Shown: piece by piece, positions 5,144 to 14,347 of the stretch
Position numbering within the stretch: the stretch's first letter is position 1
How the letters are laid out: each line of letters begins with the position of its first letter
Assembly: GCA_964647205.1 (NCBI GenBank)
Contig: CAZYIG010000001.1
Span: forward strand, 1-24,049
Source: an uncultured Candidatus Saccharibacteria bacterium
Lineage (GTDB): Bacteria; Patescibacteriota; Minisyncoccia; Portnoybacterales; GWB1-42-6
Direction of reading: 5' to 3'
Length of the DNA stretch: 24,049 nt
Made by a program: the position numbers and the translations under genes
The notes under the pieces: generated by a model
Seen by the model: the letters and a program-made list of their open reading frames with translations, nothing else
Told to the model about the DNA's origin: nothing
The model's database searches: none

Positions 5144-7006
5144 ATGTTTGATTTATCAACCCAGATCAATACACAAAAAACTATCAGTTTTTTTGTGCTA
5201 AGCGCATTGCTGACTCAAATAATCGTCGGCGGAATTTTATTGCCCTATCAACAAGCCCAAGCTTGTGTTGATATAATCGGCGGGCCTTCTGGTATCTTAA
5301 ATTTTATTGCAAATATCGGTAACTATATTTGGACCGCGGCTAAGTGGGTCTATCAGAATGCCCAAGCTGCCATTACTGCCGCATATGCGTTGTGGGAAAA
5401 ATCACAGACAATTTTAAAAGAAGCTCTCAAGGTTGCTTGGAATATTTTGCGGAAAAAATTACTTGACATGATAGTCAACGATATTATCAGCTGGATTCAG
5501 GGCGGCGGGAAACCAAGATTTGTGACCGATTGGCAAAGTTTTTTAAAAAATGCGGCCGACAAGGCCGCCGGACAACTTCTTGATAAAATGAGCCTTGGTT
5601 TTTTGTGTGATAAATTTAGCCTTCAATTACGTCTTTCGCTGGCCGCTCCGCCAACTTTTGATGAGACCGCGACCTGTACTCTTTCTACCGCTATCTCCAA
5701 TATTGATAACTTTATGACCGATTTTTCCAAGGGCGGCTGGAAGGGCTGGGTAACAATCTCCGAATCACAAAATAACTATATGGGCGCTTATTTTTTAGCC
5801 CTTAATAAAAAATATGAAGTTATGGCCAACGCCGCTGACGCAGCCAAAAACGAAGCTGCCTCTTCGGCCAGCTTTTTGGACGACAAAGTTTGTTCCCAAA
5901 GACAGTGCACGCCCGGCGTCGTTGAAAATTACTCTGGTTCCTCTTTGGGCTGGAAGCCAGATGAGCTAGACCAAGGTGGCGGTACCTCTTGCGAATGCGT
6001 AACTTGGGTAACTATCACACCCGGACGCGTGGCCGGCGATGCCCTTCAGCAAGCCTTGGGCGTTGATATAGCTAATCTTATTCAAGCCAAAGAATTTGCT
6101 GAATACGCTGCCGCTATTATTGACGCCGCCATAAATAGAGTCTTTAAGGAAGGTGTAGCTCTTTTTGACACCACCAAAAACGACGGAACGAGTGCCGGCA
6201 AAACCGGCCCGGGCATAAGCACGCCGGCAACCGTTTCGGCTAATATTTCAGATTATACTAGCGCTGTTACAAATGAGTCTCAAGCCCAATTGCTTATCCC
6301 GCAACAAAAACTTTTAAAAGAAAATCAGAATAAGCTCCTGCCTGAATACCAGACTAATTTAAGCATATTAAACCAAACTAAAACCGCTCAACTAAGCGGA
6401 CTAGCCGTTCTTATTGACCTTTATAAAAATGGATGCGCCCTGCCCGCTGGCGTTTCGGTCAGCGATATTTCCAGCACCAGAAAGAAGCTGGTGGCTACAG
6501 GAACCGGTGAAGCAATTTTAGAAAGATCCGGCAGTAGCTATACCACAATCTCAACTACTGCCACGGTAGAGACAGATATCACCATCATAAACACCGCCAT
6601 TACCAATCTTCAAAACGACATAACCAAAATAACCACGGCGATTACCGATACTGAAGATTATCAAACAAAAGCCGCCGCCTATATAACTGCCTACGAAAGC
6701 GGCAGCGGCACCCCTGCTACTATCGCTGCTAAAACAGCTATGGACACAGCCTACACCAAAGCCATTACCTCTCTTCAGGCTGCCATTCCCAGCACCTCAA
6801 CCAGCCTTAAAACTCTGACTGAAAAAATAGAAGAAAAAAATAATAACATTGCTACTACAATCTCTAGCTTGATGACAAAAAGAGGTGGTGACATCGGGTG
6901 CACTTACTACTCATCTATGCTCGCCAGCCTCTACAAAACTCTCTGCACCGCTCAGGCAAATATAGCTAGCTGGCAAACCTCTTTGTCTAGCTGCCTTAAT
7001 CCTTAA
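5144..7006 (+). CDS. Large exported helical protein of the CPR T4SS-like locus, possibly VirB5/tip-like
   Basis: Signal/TM segment ending AQA-C; block IISWIQGGGKPRFVTDW...LGFLC; Cys-rich C..C..CEC..TPG segment; about 250-aa Thr/Ala-rich helical tail. The VirB5 assignment is inference from position and helicity only. Confidence 0.6.
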   Translation: MFDLSTQINTQKTISFFVLSALLTQIIVGGILLPYQQAQACVDIIGGPSGILNFIANIGNYIWTAAKWVYQNAQAAITAAYALWEKSQTILKEALKVAWNILRKKLLDMIVNDIISWIQGGGKPRFVTDWQSFLKNAADKAAGQLLDKMSLGFLCDKFSLQLRLSLAAPPTFDETATCTLSTAISNIDNFMTDFSKGGWKGWVTISESQNNYMGAYFLALNKKYEVMANAADAAKNEAASSASFLDDKVCSQRQCTPGVVENYSGSSLGWKPDELDQGGGTSCECVTWVTITPGRVAGDALQQALGVDIANLIQAKEFAEYAAAIIDAAINRVFKEGVALFDTTKNDGTSAGKTGPGISTPATVSANISDYTSAVTNESQAQLLIPQQKLLKENQNKLLPEYQTNLSILNQTKTAQLSGLAVLIDLYKNGCALPAGVSVSDISSTRKKLVATGTGEAILERSGSSYTTISTTATVETDITIINTAITNLQNDITKITTAITDTEDYQTKAAAYITAYESGSGTPATIAAKTAMDTAYTKAITSLQAAIPSTSTSLKTLTEKIEEKNNNIATTISSLMTKRGGDIGCTYYSSMLASLYKTLCTAQANIASWQTSLSSCLNP

Positions 7007-7015
7007 TCAGCATTA

Positions 7016-8872
7016 ATGATTGCTTCGCTTAAATCAAAAAAACTAATCCTGACTTTTTGCTTGGCGGTCTTAATTGCCGGGGGGATTTTTATTTTATCCG
7101 CCTCGCCGGCTCGGGCTGCCTCTTTCTGGGATGTCATGAGCAATCCCAGCCAAATTTTTTACGTTATCCTTGGGCTATCGGCTGATTTTATTCTTTATAT
7201 CGCCAATTTATTTGTCCGAGTAGCAGCTACTCTACTTGAATTTGTTTTTGGTATAGAAAAATTTACTGGGGTGGCCGTCGTCACGGCCGGATGGAAAGTT
7301 TGCCGCGACATTGCCAATATCGGTTTTTCTTTAGTCCTCTTGGTAATGGCTTTTGATTCTGTCTTGCAACTAAATAAATATCCGATAAAAACCATCCTGC
7401 CACGGTTGGTCGTCGCCGCCTTGTTAATTAATTTCAGTTTGGTTTTTTGCGGCATGATTATTGATTTTTCCCAAATAATGACCCGATATTTCTATGATGC
7501 AGCCGTAGGAAGCAACACGCAAGGACTTTCAGGAGAGCTTGTTGACGCCTTAAATATTCAAAGTATCTACAAAGAACCTCCTAGTGGCTGGGGAGACAAG
7601 GTAAAAAGTGATGGCCCAGGATCCATAATCATTGGCATGCTTTTTGGCACAGTTATTTTATTAATTGCTGCTTTTAGCATCGCGGCCGCCGCTATTTATT
7701 TTATCGTCCGGATGGTCAGCTTGTGGCTCTTAATGATTTTTGCGCCCATTGCTTGGATTTCTATGATTGTACCGGGCGCGCCGGAAATTGGCGGCTACTG
7801 GAATAAATGGTGGGGTGAATTTTTAAAATGGTCATTTTTCGCGCCGGTTTATATGTTTTTTATTTATCTGGCCATTATGATGGCGAAAATGGCTCCGATT
7901 ACTTCTTCTGGTGCGTCCATAGAAACAAGCCTAAGTTCGCAAACCGGCTTCCTGGCAGACGGAATCTATAAACTTCTTCAATATATCGCCATTATTATAA
8001 TTTTGATTGGCGGTTTAAAATACGCTCAAAAAGCAGGCGTCGCTGGCGCGGGTGCGGTTATGAAAGCGGGGAAAGCCATAACAAATGGGGCAAAGTCATA
8101 CGCGATGAATAAAACTGGAATAAGTGGGTTAAAAGAACGCTATGGAGAAGTAAAAGAAAAATATTTTACTGCCCCTATGGCCGCAAATCAGGCAAAATGG
8201 GCTACTAGATTCGGCTCAAAGAGCGCCGAAGAAAGAAATATGAAAACTCAAGCCAAAAAAATGGAAGATACGCAATCCGTCACTGATATAAAGGCGGCCG
8301 CCGACAAGGGCGACCCCAATGCCGCTTATGCTATGTCTAATATGAATTTGATTGATGGCGATACTTACAGAAATTTTAGTCAAAATAATAAAAATCAAAG
8401 AATGCAGAAAGCGCTGGATCTTAAAGTCGGCCAAAAAAGAGCTGATCTCGTTGCGATTAAAAATGCCAATGAGAAAGCTAACCCCAACACCAGCGATAAG
8501 AAGTACAAAGAAGACTATCAGAAAGAATACGACCGAATTAAAAGGCAAAATGCTGGTCAGCCCGGGTGGGATGACAAACGGATAAACCAAGAAACGCAAA
8601 ATTACATTAAAGATGTTTCCATGAGAGAAGAAATTGGAAATTTTTCCGCGGAAAAATTTGCCAATCAGGATTGGGGGAAAGCAGAAAAGGATTTAGTTCC
8701 GGGGTCAACGGATAGGATAAGAACAGCCGAGGCTGCCGTTGCTGCGTATGTAGGCATGACGCCAGAAGCACAAGCTGAATTCCGAAGAAAAATCAGTTCA
8801 ACTCAAAAAACGGCTCTTAATGAGTTAGCAAAATCGGCCGGATATACCTCAAGCCAAGCGCTAATTGTTTAA
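7016..8872 (+). CDS. VirB6/TrbL-like polytopic membrane protein
   Basis: GWKVCRDIANIGF...KTILPRLVVAALLINFSLVFCGMIIDFSQ; IVRMVSLWLLMIFAPIAW...YWNKWWGEFLKWSFFAPVYMFFIYL; multiple TMs, then a hydrophilic C-terminal domain. Confidence 0.8.
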   Translation: MIASLKSKKLILTFCLAVLIAGGIFILSASPARAASFWDVMSNPSQIFYVILGLSADFILYIANLFVRVAATLLEFVFGIEKFTGVAVVTAGWKVCRDIANIGFSLVLLVMAFDSVLQLNKYPIKTILPRLVVAALLINFSLVFCGMIIDFSQIMTRYFYDAAVGSNTQGLSGELVDALNIQSIYKEPPSGWGDKVKSDGPGSIIIGMLFGTVILLIAAFSIAAAAIYFIVRMVSLWLLMIFAPIAWISMIVPGAPEIGGYWNKWWGEFLKWSFFAPVYMFFIYLAIMMAKMAPITSSGASIETSLSSQTGFLADGIYKLLQYIAIIIILIGGLKYAQKAGVAGAGAVMKAGKAITNGAKSYAMNKTGISGLKERYGEVKEKYFTAPMAANQAKWATRFGSKSAEERNMKTQAKKMEDTQSVTDIKAAADKGDPNAAYAMSNMNLIDGDTYRNFSQNNKNQRMQKALDLKVGQKRADLVAIKNANEKANPNTSDKKYKEDYQKEYDRIKRQNAGQPGWDDKRINQETQNYIKDVSMREEIGNFSAEKFANQDWGKAEKDLVPGSTDRIRTAEAAVAAYVGMTPEAQAEFRRKISSTQKTALNELAKSAGYTSSQALIV

Positions 8873-8879
8873 TATCAAT

Positions 8880-10193
8880 ATGCCCACTAAAGAAACCTTA
8901 GAAGCTATAAAAAAATTCAGAGAAACTAGGCATTATTCGCCTTTCGCTGTTTTTGCCGCTAAAAATCCCGACGATGAAACCATTGAACAAGTTGAGAAAA
9001 TACATGAAAAATTTTTACACCTACCAGAAATCACCCAAAATATATTAGACTCATTGCAAACCACTAACGCTATAAAAAAAATCGGCGAAGATTTTAAATT
9101 AACGCTCTGGCAAATAGCTAATATCTCCCGCGCGGTCAGGAGTTATTATTTTAAAGAATTGCCTCTAGCCAAAATCTCTTCCTACTTAATTGAAACCATG
9201 GGGACAGATCAAAATCAAGCCCAAGAAATTACGCAACGGTTAATTAAGGAAATTTTTGAAGGCAAACCACCCGATCAGTCTAGCCAAAGAAAATTGATTT
9301 ATTTGCCGCTCGCCAAAGTTTTAATTGAATACCCTCAACTTAAAAAACAACTCGTTACCTCTGATTCAATCAAAACCAGAGACTCAATCAATTTAGTTTC
9401 ACCTTCAATTGAAAATTGGCTTAAAGATTATCAGCAAACCGCCGGCGCCCAAAGACACGAAACAATGGAGAGAGGGGATTATCTTTTTAACAGCGCCAAC
9501 ACCAAAAGACTTTTGCCTTCGGAACGCGAAAAATTAGCCGCTATTATCCGGTCAGTTGACGAAAATTCCGATATTGCCGTTGACCCGGAAAAACAAATTA
9601 TTGTCTTTATTTCAGCTCTGGATTCCGAAAAACCAACCAGACCAAGCGCTTTTCATTCGCAACCAGCCACCGTCAACCAACCGGCATCAACAACTACTCA
9701 AAGATCTCTCCGTCAATTGGTTCAAGAAAATAAAGAAATTTTAAATCAAGTTATTACCGCTTCGCCGCTAAAAATTGCCGATTTTGACCAGCCACTTCGC
9801 GGCACAATTAAAAATTGGCTGGCTGATTATGTAAAACAAAAGGGGAATGCCAAGCACGACCAAGCCACCAGAGAAAATTATCTTCAAAATAATGACAACG
9901 CTAAAAATTTGCCGCCCAAGGAAAAACAATTAGTTGCCGAAATTTTGAAATCATACGATGAAAATTCTATCTTGATCTATGACGAAGAGAAAAAAATAAT
10001 CCTCTTAGAAAATGCCTCAAAAAATCCTTCCCAAGCTCCGGAAAAATCAGCTATGACTGCCCCCGCCGTAAACTCTTCTTCGGTCTACCGGGAACCTATT
10101 GAGCAAAAAGATGTCTCCAGCTTGGCTATTCCACCCTCAAAAATTACTTCTAAAATTGATGGCCATGTTATTAATTTAAAAGATCTTCAATAA
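8880..10193 (+). CDS. Cytoplasmic hypothetical protein with a tandemly duplicated ~85-105 aa domain
   Basis: ATG 8880 preferred over TTG 8865. No TM. Two copies of I.NWL.DY....G...H....R..YL.N..N.K.L...E....A.I..S.DENS. Confidence 0.75.
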   Translation: MPTKETLEAIKKFRETRHYSPFAVFAAKNPDDETIEQVEKIHEKFLHLPEITQNILDSLQTTNAIKKIGEDFKLTLWQIANISRAVRSYYFKELPLAKISSYLIETMGTDQNQAQEITQRLIKEIFEGKPPDQSSQRKLIYLPLAKVLIEYPQLKKQLVTSDSIKTRDSINLVSPSIENWLKDYQQTAGAQRHETMERGDYLFNSANTKRLLPSEREKLAAIIRSVDENSDIAVDPEKQIIVFISALDSEKPTRPSAFHSQPATVNQPASTTTQRSLRQLVQENKEILNQVITASPLKIADFDQPLRGTIKNWLADYVKQKGNAKHDQATRENYLQNNDNAKNLPPKEKQLVAEILKSYDENSILIYDEEKKIILLENASKNPSQAPEKSAMTAPAVNSSSVYREPIEQKDVSSLAIPPSKITSKIDGHVINLKDLQ

Positions 10194-10197
10194 ATTT

Positions 10198-10476
10198 ATG
10201 CGCTTTTCTATCCCTCAATTTATTGACGTTGAAGATAAAATTGTCGGGCAAGTCACCCTTAAACAATTTCTTTTTTTACTGGGCGTCGCCATTGTTATTT
10301 TTTTTCTTTGGTATATTTTTGCAATCTGGTTTGTTATTCTAATCAGCACTCCCATCATTACTCTGGCGATTGCTTTAGTTTTAGTCAAAATAGACGGCCG
10401 CCCCTTACCCGGATTTTTGAAGGCTTGGCTAAATTATCAGATGGCGCCGCGCCTCTACACTTGGAAGAAAAAGTAG
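10198..10476 (+). CDS. prgI: PrgI family (VirB3-like) membrane protein
   Basis: MRFSIPQFIDVEDKIVGQVTLKQFLFL, two TMs, KIDGRP...LYTWKK. Confidence 0.88.
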   Translation: MRFSIPQFIDVEDKIVGQVTLKQFLFLLGVAIVIFFLWYIFAIWFVILISTPIITLAIALVLVKIDGRPLPGFLKAWLNYQMAPRLYTWKKK

Positions 10477-10542
10477 AAGAAGTGCCGCTTGGCGCCACGC
10501 CCCACCAATAGCGCCGAGAAAGAATTATTTATTAATCAAATC

Positions 10543-11181
10543 ATGAACACACCCGCTGTCCAGCAAAAAATAGAGATAGACGATATTCAAGATGGCGTCA
10601 TTATTTTAAAAGATGGCTCGCTTCGGGCTATCCTAATGACTTCCTCGGTCAACTTTTCCCTTAAATCAACCGAGGAACAAGACGCTCTTATCTATAAATA
10701 TCAAGGATTTTTAAATTCGCTTGATTTCCCTCTGCAAATTGTCACCATTTCCCGGACGTTAGACATCTCTGACTATCTGGAGATCATGGAGCAGAAAAAA
10801 AAAGAGCAAACAAATGAATTGCTCCGCATTCAAATTACCGAGTATCAAGATTTCGTCAAAAGTCTGGTTCAGGTGGGTAATATTATCAATCAGTCTTTCT
10901 ATGTTGTCATCACTTTATTAAAAATAGAAAACAAGCAAAGCGGTTTTCTGGAAAAACTGGGATTAGGTAATAACACGACCAACCAACAGAAAATTAAGTC
11001 TCTGGATGAATTAAAAACCCAACTTTGGCAGCGAGTAGAATATATTTCTTCTGGCCTGCTGGGCGCCGGGATTAATTCCGCTCCGCTTAAGACCGAAGAG
11101 ATTATCCAGCTTTTTTATCATCTTTACAATATGAACACTAAAGATAATCCGAACATCGGACCCGCCTTAGAACTCAAATAG
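10543..11181 (+). CDS. TraC-like / VirB4 N-terminal-like accessory protein
   Basis: IDDIQDGVIILKDGSLRAILMTSSVNFSLKSTEEQDALI..YQGFLNSLDFPLQI; lies between prgI and virB4. ATG 10543 preferred over TTG 10489. Confidence 0.75.
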   Translation: MNTPAVQQKIEIDDIQDGVIILKDGSLRAILMTSSVNFSLKSTEEQDALIYKYQGFLNSLDFPLQIVTISRTLDISDYLEIMEQKKKEQTNELLRIQITEYQDFVKSLVQVGNIINQSFYVVITLLKIENKQSGFLEKLGLGNNTTNQQKIKSLDELKTQLWQRVEYISSGLLGAGINSAPLKTEEIIQLFYHLYNMNTKDNPNIGPALELK

Positions 11182-11225
11182 ATACCGCTTAATTTAACTT
11201 CTAGATTTAACTTAAAAAAAATAAA

Positions 11226-12371
11226 ATGGCTTTTGATTTTCTAAAAAATTTATCCGGCAACAGTTCCGCGTCTTCTAAAGAAAAGTTTTCTCCTTTCCAG
11301 GCGCCTATCAGCACGCCATCCATCAAGGACTTGATTGCTCCATCGGCTTTAAAGATTTCCGCCAATTATGTCCAGGTTAGCGGGTATTTTGCGCGTACTC
11401 TTTTTATCTTCACCTATCCTCGGTATTTAATGACTAATTGGTTCTCGCCAGTTTTAGCAATGGACCGAGAAATGAATGTCTCTTTTTTTATCAACCCAGT
11501 TGAAACCACCTGGATAATGAACCAACTAAAAAAGAAAGTGGCTCAAGTCCAGTCACAAATTTCTGATGCTGAAAGCAAGGGTCAAGTTCGCGACCCAATG
11601 CTAGAAACGGCGCTGGGTGATATTGAAAAACTAAGAGACGACCTCTTGCAAAGCAATGAAAAATTTTTTAAACTCGGCATCTATATTACTTTATTTGGCA
11701 AGACTGAAAAAGACCTTGATGAAACAGAAAATGAAATAAAGTCTCTCATGGAAGGTAAAATGGTTTATCTAAAACCTGCTTCTTTCCAGCAAGAAGAGGG
11801 TTTTGATTCTACCTTGCCGCTCGCCAAAGACCGGTTAGAAATCAGCACCTCCATGAATACCGGCCCGGTTTCCAGTTCCTTTCCTTTTATTTCGGTCAAT
11901 CTTTCCGACAATAAAGGAATTCTTTATGGCATCAACCGGCATAATAATTCCTTGATTATTTTTGACCGTTTTTCATTAGAAAATGCTAATTCCTGTGTTT
12001 TTGCCAAGTCCGGCGCTGGTAAAAGTTATCTGGTAAAATTGGAGGTATTGCGCTCTCTGATGATGGGCGCTGATGTTATTATTCTTGATCCGGAAAATGA
12101 GTACAAATATCTGACGGAAGTTATTGGCGGCACTTTTATTAAGATTTCACTTAATTCGCCTAATCATTTAAATCCTTTTGACCTGCCTATCCCGCCAAAA
12201 GGAGAACGGCCCGGAGACATTTTAAGATCCACTATCATTAATCTGGTCGGTTTAATGCGCATTATGCTGGGCGGCCTTTCCCCTGAAGAAGACGCCATTA
12301 TGGACCGGGCCATCAGCGAAACTTACTCTTCCCGCGACATTACACCTGATTCTGATTTTTTTAAAAAATAA
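11226..12371 (+). CDS. virB4: VirB4/TraC-like ATPase, N-terminal part with Walker A; ends at a frameshift
   Basis: GILYGINRHNNSLIIFDRFSLENANSCVFAKSGAGKSYLVK, IILDPENEY, LNPFDL. The reading frame stops at TTT TTT AAA AAA TAA. Confidence 0.9.
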   Translation: MAFDFLKNLSGNSSASSKEKFSPFQAPISTPSIKDLIAPSALKISANYVQVSGYFARTLFIFTYPRYLMTNWFSPVLAMDREMNVSFFINPVETTWIMNQLKKKVAQVQSQISDAESKGQVRDPMLETALGDIEKLRDDLLQSNEKFFKLGIYITLFGKTEKDLDETENEIKSLMEGKMVYLKPASFQQEEGFDSTLPLAKDRLEISTSMNTGPVSSSFPFISVNLSDNKGILYGINRHNNSLIIFDRFSLENANSCVFAKSGAGKSYLVKLEVLRSLMMGADVIILDPENEYKYLTEVIGGTFIKISLNSPNHLNPFDLPIPPKGERPGDILRSTIINLVGLMRIMLGGLSPEEDAIMDRAISETYSSRDITPDSDFFKK

Positions 12372-13063
12372 CCCCGCCGTTACTCTCTGACCTCCATAAT
12401 ATTTTAAAAAATATGGAAGGGGCTAGTTCGCTCTCTACGCGTTTGGAAAAATTTGTTGCCGGCTCTTACGCGGAATTTTTTAACCATCAAACCAATATTG
12501 AACTTAAAAATAATCTGGTCTGTTTTTCCATGAGAGATATGGAAGAAGAGCTGCGGCCAGTGGCGATGTATGTTATTCTTCATTATATCTGGAATATCAT
12601 CCGTTCTGAACTAAAAAAACGGCTGCTGATTGTGGATGAAGCTTGGGTTATGATGCGTTATGAAGATGCCGCTTCTTTCTTGTTTGGCATTGCCAAACGT
12701 TGCCGTAAATATTTTTTAGGATTGACCACCATCACTCAGGATGTTGCCGACTTTATGACTTCGCCCTATGGGAAACCAATTGTTACCAACTCTTCCATGC
12801 AGATTCTGCTCCGCCAATCGCCGGCTACCATTGAGATTTTGCAAAAAACCTTTAATCTGACCGACCAGGAAAGATATATGCTGATGGAAAGCAGTGTCGG
12901 CGAAGGCATTTTCTTTGCGGGGATGCAGCATGCCGCTATCAAGGTTATCGCTTCTTACACCGAAGACCAGATTATTACCTCTGACCCAAGGCAGTTGATA
13001 GAGATAGAAAAAGCCAAAGAAGAGCTAGCTCAAGAAGAAAAAAATAAAGAAGAAGTAGCGTAA
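12368..13063 (+). CDS. virB4: VirB4-like ATPase, C-terminal part with Walker B; -1 frame relative to the N-terminal part
   Basis: Frame is open from 12365 (K-ITPPLLSDLHNILKNMEG; first ATG 12413). LLIVDEAW, KRCRKYFLGLTTITQDV, IVTNSSMQILLRQSP, GEGIFFAG. Confidence 0.9.
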   Translation: MTPPLLSDLHNILKNMEGASSLSTRLEKFVAGSYAEFFNHQTNIELKNNLVCFSMRDMEEELRPVAMYVILHYIWNIIRSELKKRLLIVDEAWVMMRYEDAASFLFGIAKRCRKYFLGLTTITQDVADFMTSPYGKPIVTNSSMQILLRQSPATIEILQKTFNLTDQERYMLMESSVGEGIFFAGMQHAAIKVIASYTEDQIITSDPRQLIEIEKAKEELAQEEKNKEEVA

Positions 13064-13072
13064 AAATATAAT

Positions 13073-13510
13073 ATGCCGGATAATTATCAACAACAATTTA
13101 ACGAAGATCGCGCTCGGCAGACCCAAGCTTCAGCGCAAGACAAAGCCAGGCAAGATAAGGCCGCTGGACAAGATAAGAAGAGGCAGTCGCCCGCCGCTCC
13201 CGCCGAACCGGTTTCTTTTCCATGGGGAATGGCTACCTTAGCCGCTGTCTTTGATTTAATTGGTCTGATTCCGCTTGTTAATTTATTTTCCGAACTTTTG
13301 GCTGGATTTATTATTAGTGTTCTGTGGCAAAAAAGCTACGCGCCAACAAGCGATCCGCTGCTTACTTTTTTTACCACTAAAATTATTGACATTTTCTCTT
13401 TTGGAATATTCCCCAGCAATATTGGCATCGTCGTTTATGCCTACGTTAAAAAGAAAGCGGCCGCTAAAATTTCTGCTAGCCCAGCACCAGCAGCGGCCAA
13501 CATTAAATAG
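13073..13510 (+). CDS. Small hypothetical membrane protein
   Basis: Charged N-terminus, hydrophobic core (AVFDLIGLIPLVNLFSELLAGFII), basic and Ala/Pro-rich tail; co-directional with the cluster. Confidence 0.7.
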   Translation: MPDNYQQQFNEDRARQTQASAQDKARQDKAAGQDKKRQSPAAPAEPVSFPWGMATLAAVFDLIGLIPLVNLFSELLAGFIISVLWQKSYAPTSDPLLTFFTTKIIDIFSFGIFPSNIGIVVYAYVKKKAAAKISASPAPAAANIK

Positions 13511-13549
13511 ACATCATCATCTTTCACTTTAATCTTAAGCCTTTAAAAA

Positions 13550-14287
13550 ATGCTTATAAAATATTTAAAAATATTTTTAATTGGCACCCTATTTCTGGCT
13601 CTTTTTGCTGTCAGTCTGGCCACTCAAAAATTAGCAGCCAAGGCTCAAGCAGCTGATAATAATTTTACAATAACTTGGTCTTCTAATTCTTATGTCCCTC
13701 TGGGATATGAAGGATTGGCTCTGCCAACAAGAAGCAGCCAAATCAAGGTTTTTGTCCTGCCCGTTAAAAAATTAAATGTGAACCCGGAAAAACTTACTTA
13801 TCGCTGGCTATTGGATGAAGAAATTATCAACGGAGCCGGAGGACAAGGAAAATCTGTTTTTTCATTCAAGGCTACCCGGTGGGCCGACGACTACCATACC
13901 GTTCAATCTCAAGTTTTAAGCGGGGAAGACATAGTCTGGCGCGGGTTTGTGGAAATTAAGATTTCCGGCGCCGAAATTATTTTCCGGTTGCCAAACAGCG
14001 ACTACGCAATAGCTGAAACTTTCAGCGCTAAAACCGGACAAACTCTGAAAATTTTCGCTGTTCCATTTTTCTTTAATACTAAAAATTTTAGTAATCTAAA
14101 TTTCCAATGGAAATTAGATAGTCAAGAATTGACTAGCTCCGACAATAAAGATCTTAATATCTTTTCACTGACTATGCCCGCCGGACAGCTTGAAAAAACT
14201 TTAATAAAAAAAATAAATCTAACCATTTCTAACAAGCAAAATAACGACCAGCAAGCTTCTTCTCAAATTACTCTGGAAATTAAATAG
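13550..14287 (+). CDS. Secreted beta-rich (Ig/PKD-like) protein
   Basis: Signal peptide ending AQA; ITWSSNSYVPLGYEGLALP; two similar L.YRWLLD / L.FQWKLD segments suggest two Ig-like modules (inference). Confidence 0.7.
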   Translation: MLIKYLKIFLIGTLFLALFAVSLATQKLAAKAQAADNNFTITWSSNSYVPLGYEGLALPTRSSQIKVFVLPVKKLNVNPEKLTYRWLLDEEIINGAGGQGKSVFSFKATRWADDYHTVQSQVLSGEDIVWRGFVEIKISGAEIIFRLPNSDYAIAETFSAKTGQTLKIFAVPFFFNTKNFSNLNFQWKLDSQELTSSDNKDLNIFSLTMPAGQLEKTLIKKINLTISNKQNNDQQASSQITLEIK

Positions 14288-14347
14288 TCACCGCTCAAAA
14301 ACCGCTTGCCCGCTAAGAAATAAAAAATTATTATAATTTCTACCAAT

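Noticed and set aside
11192-11213. ATTTAACTT direct repeat upstream of virB4
   Set aside because: Only two 9-nt copies in AT-rich DNA; expected by chance.
12356-12362. Classical -1 ribosomal frameshift on T-TTT-TTT
   Set aside because: The -1 frame has TAA at 12362-12364, so a shift there terminates at once. No stimulatory hairpin or internal Shine-Dalgarno is evident.
14306-14337. Internal pilin promoter TTGCCC...TATAAT
   Set aside because: The -10 is perfect but the spacer is 20 bp and there is no TG extension. Possible but unsupported.
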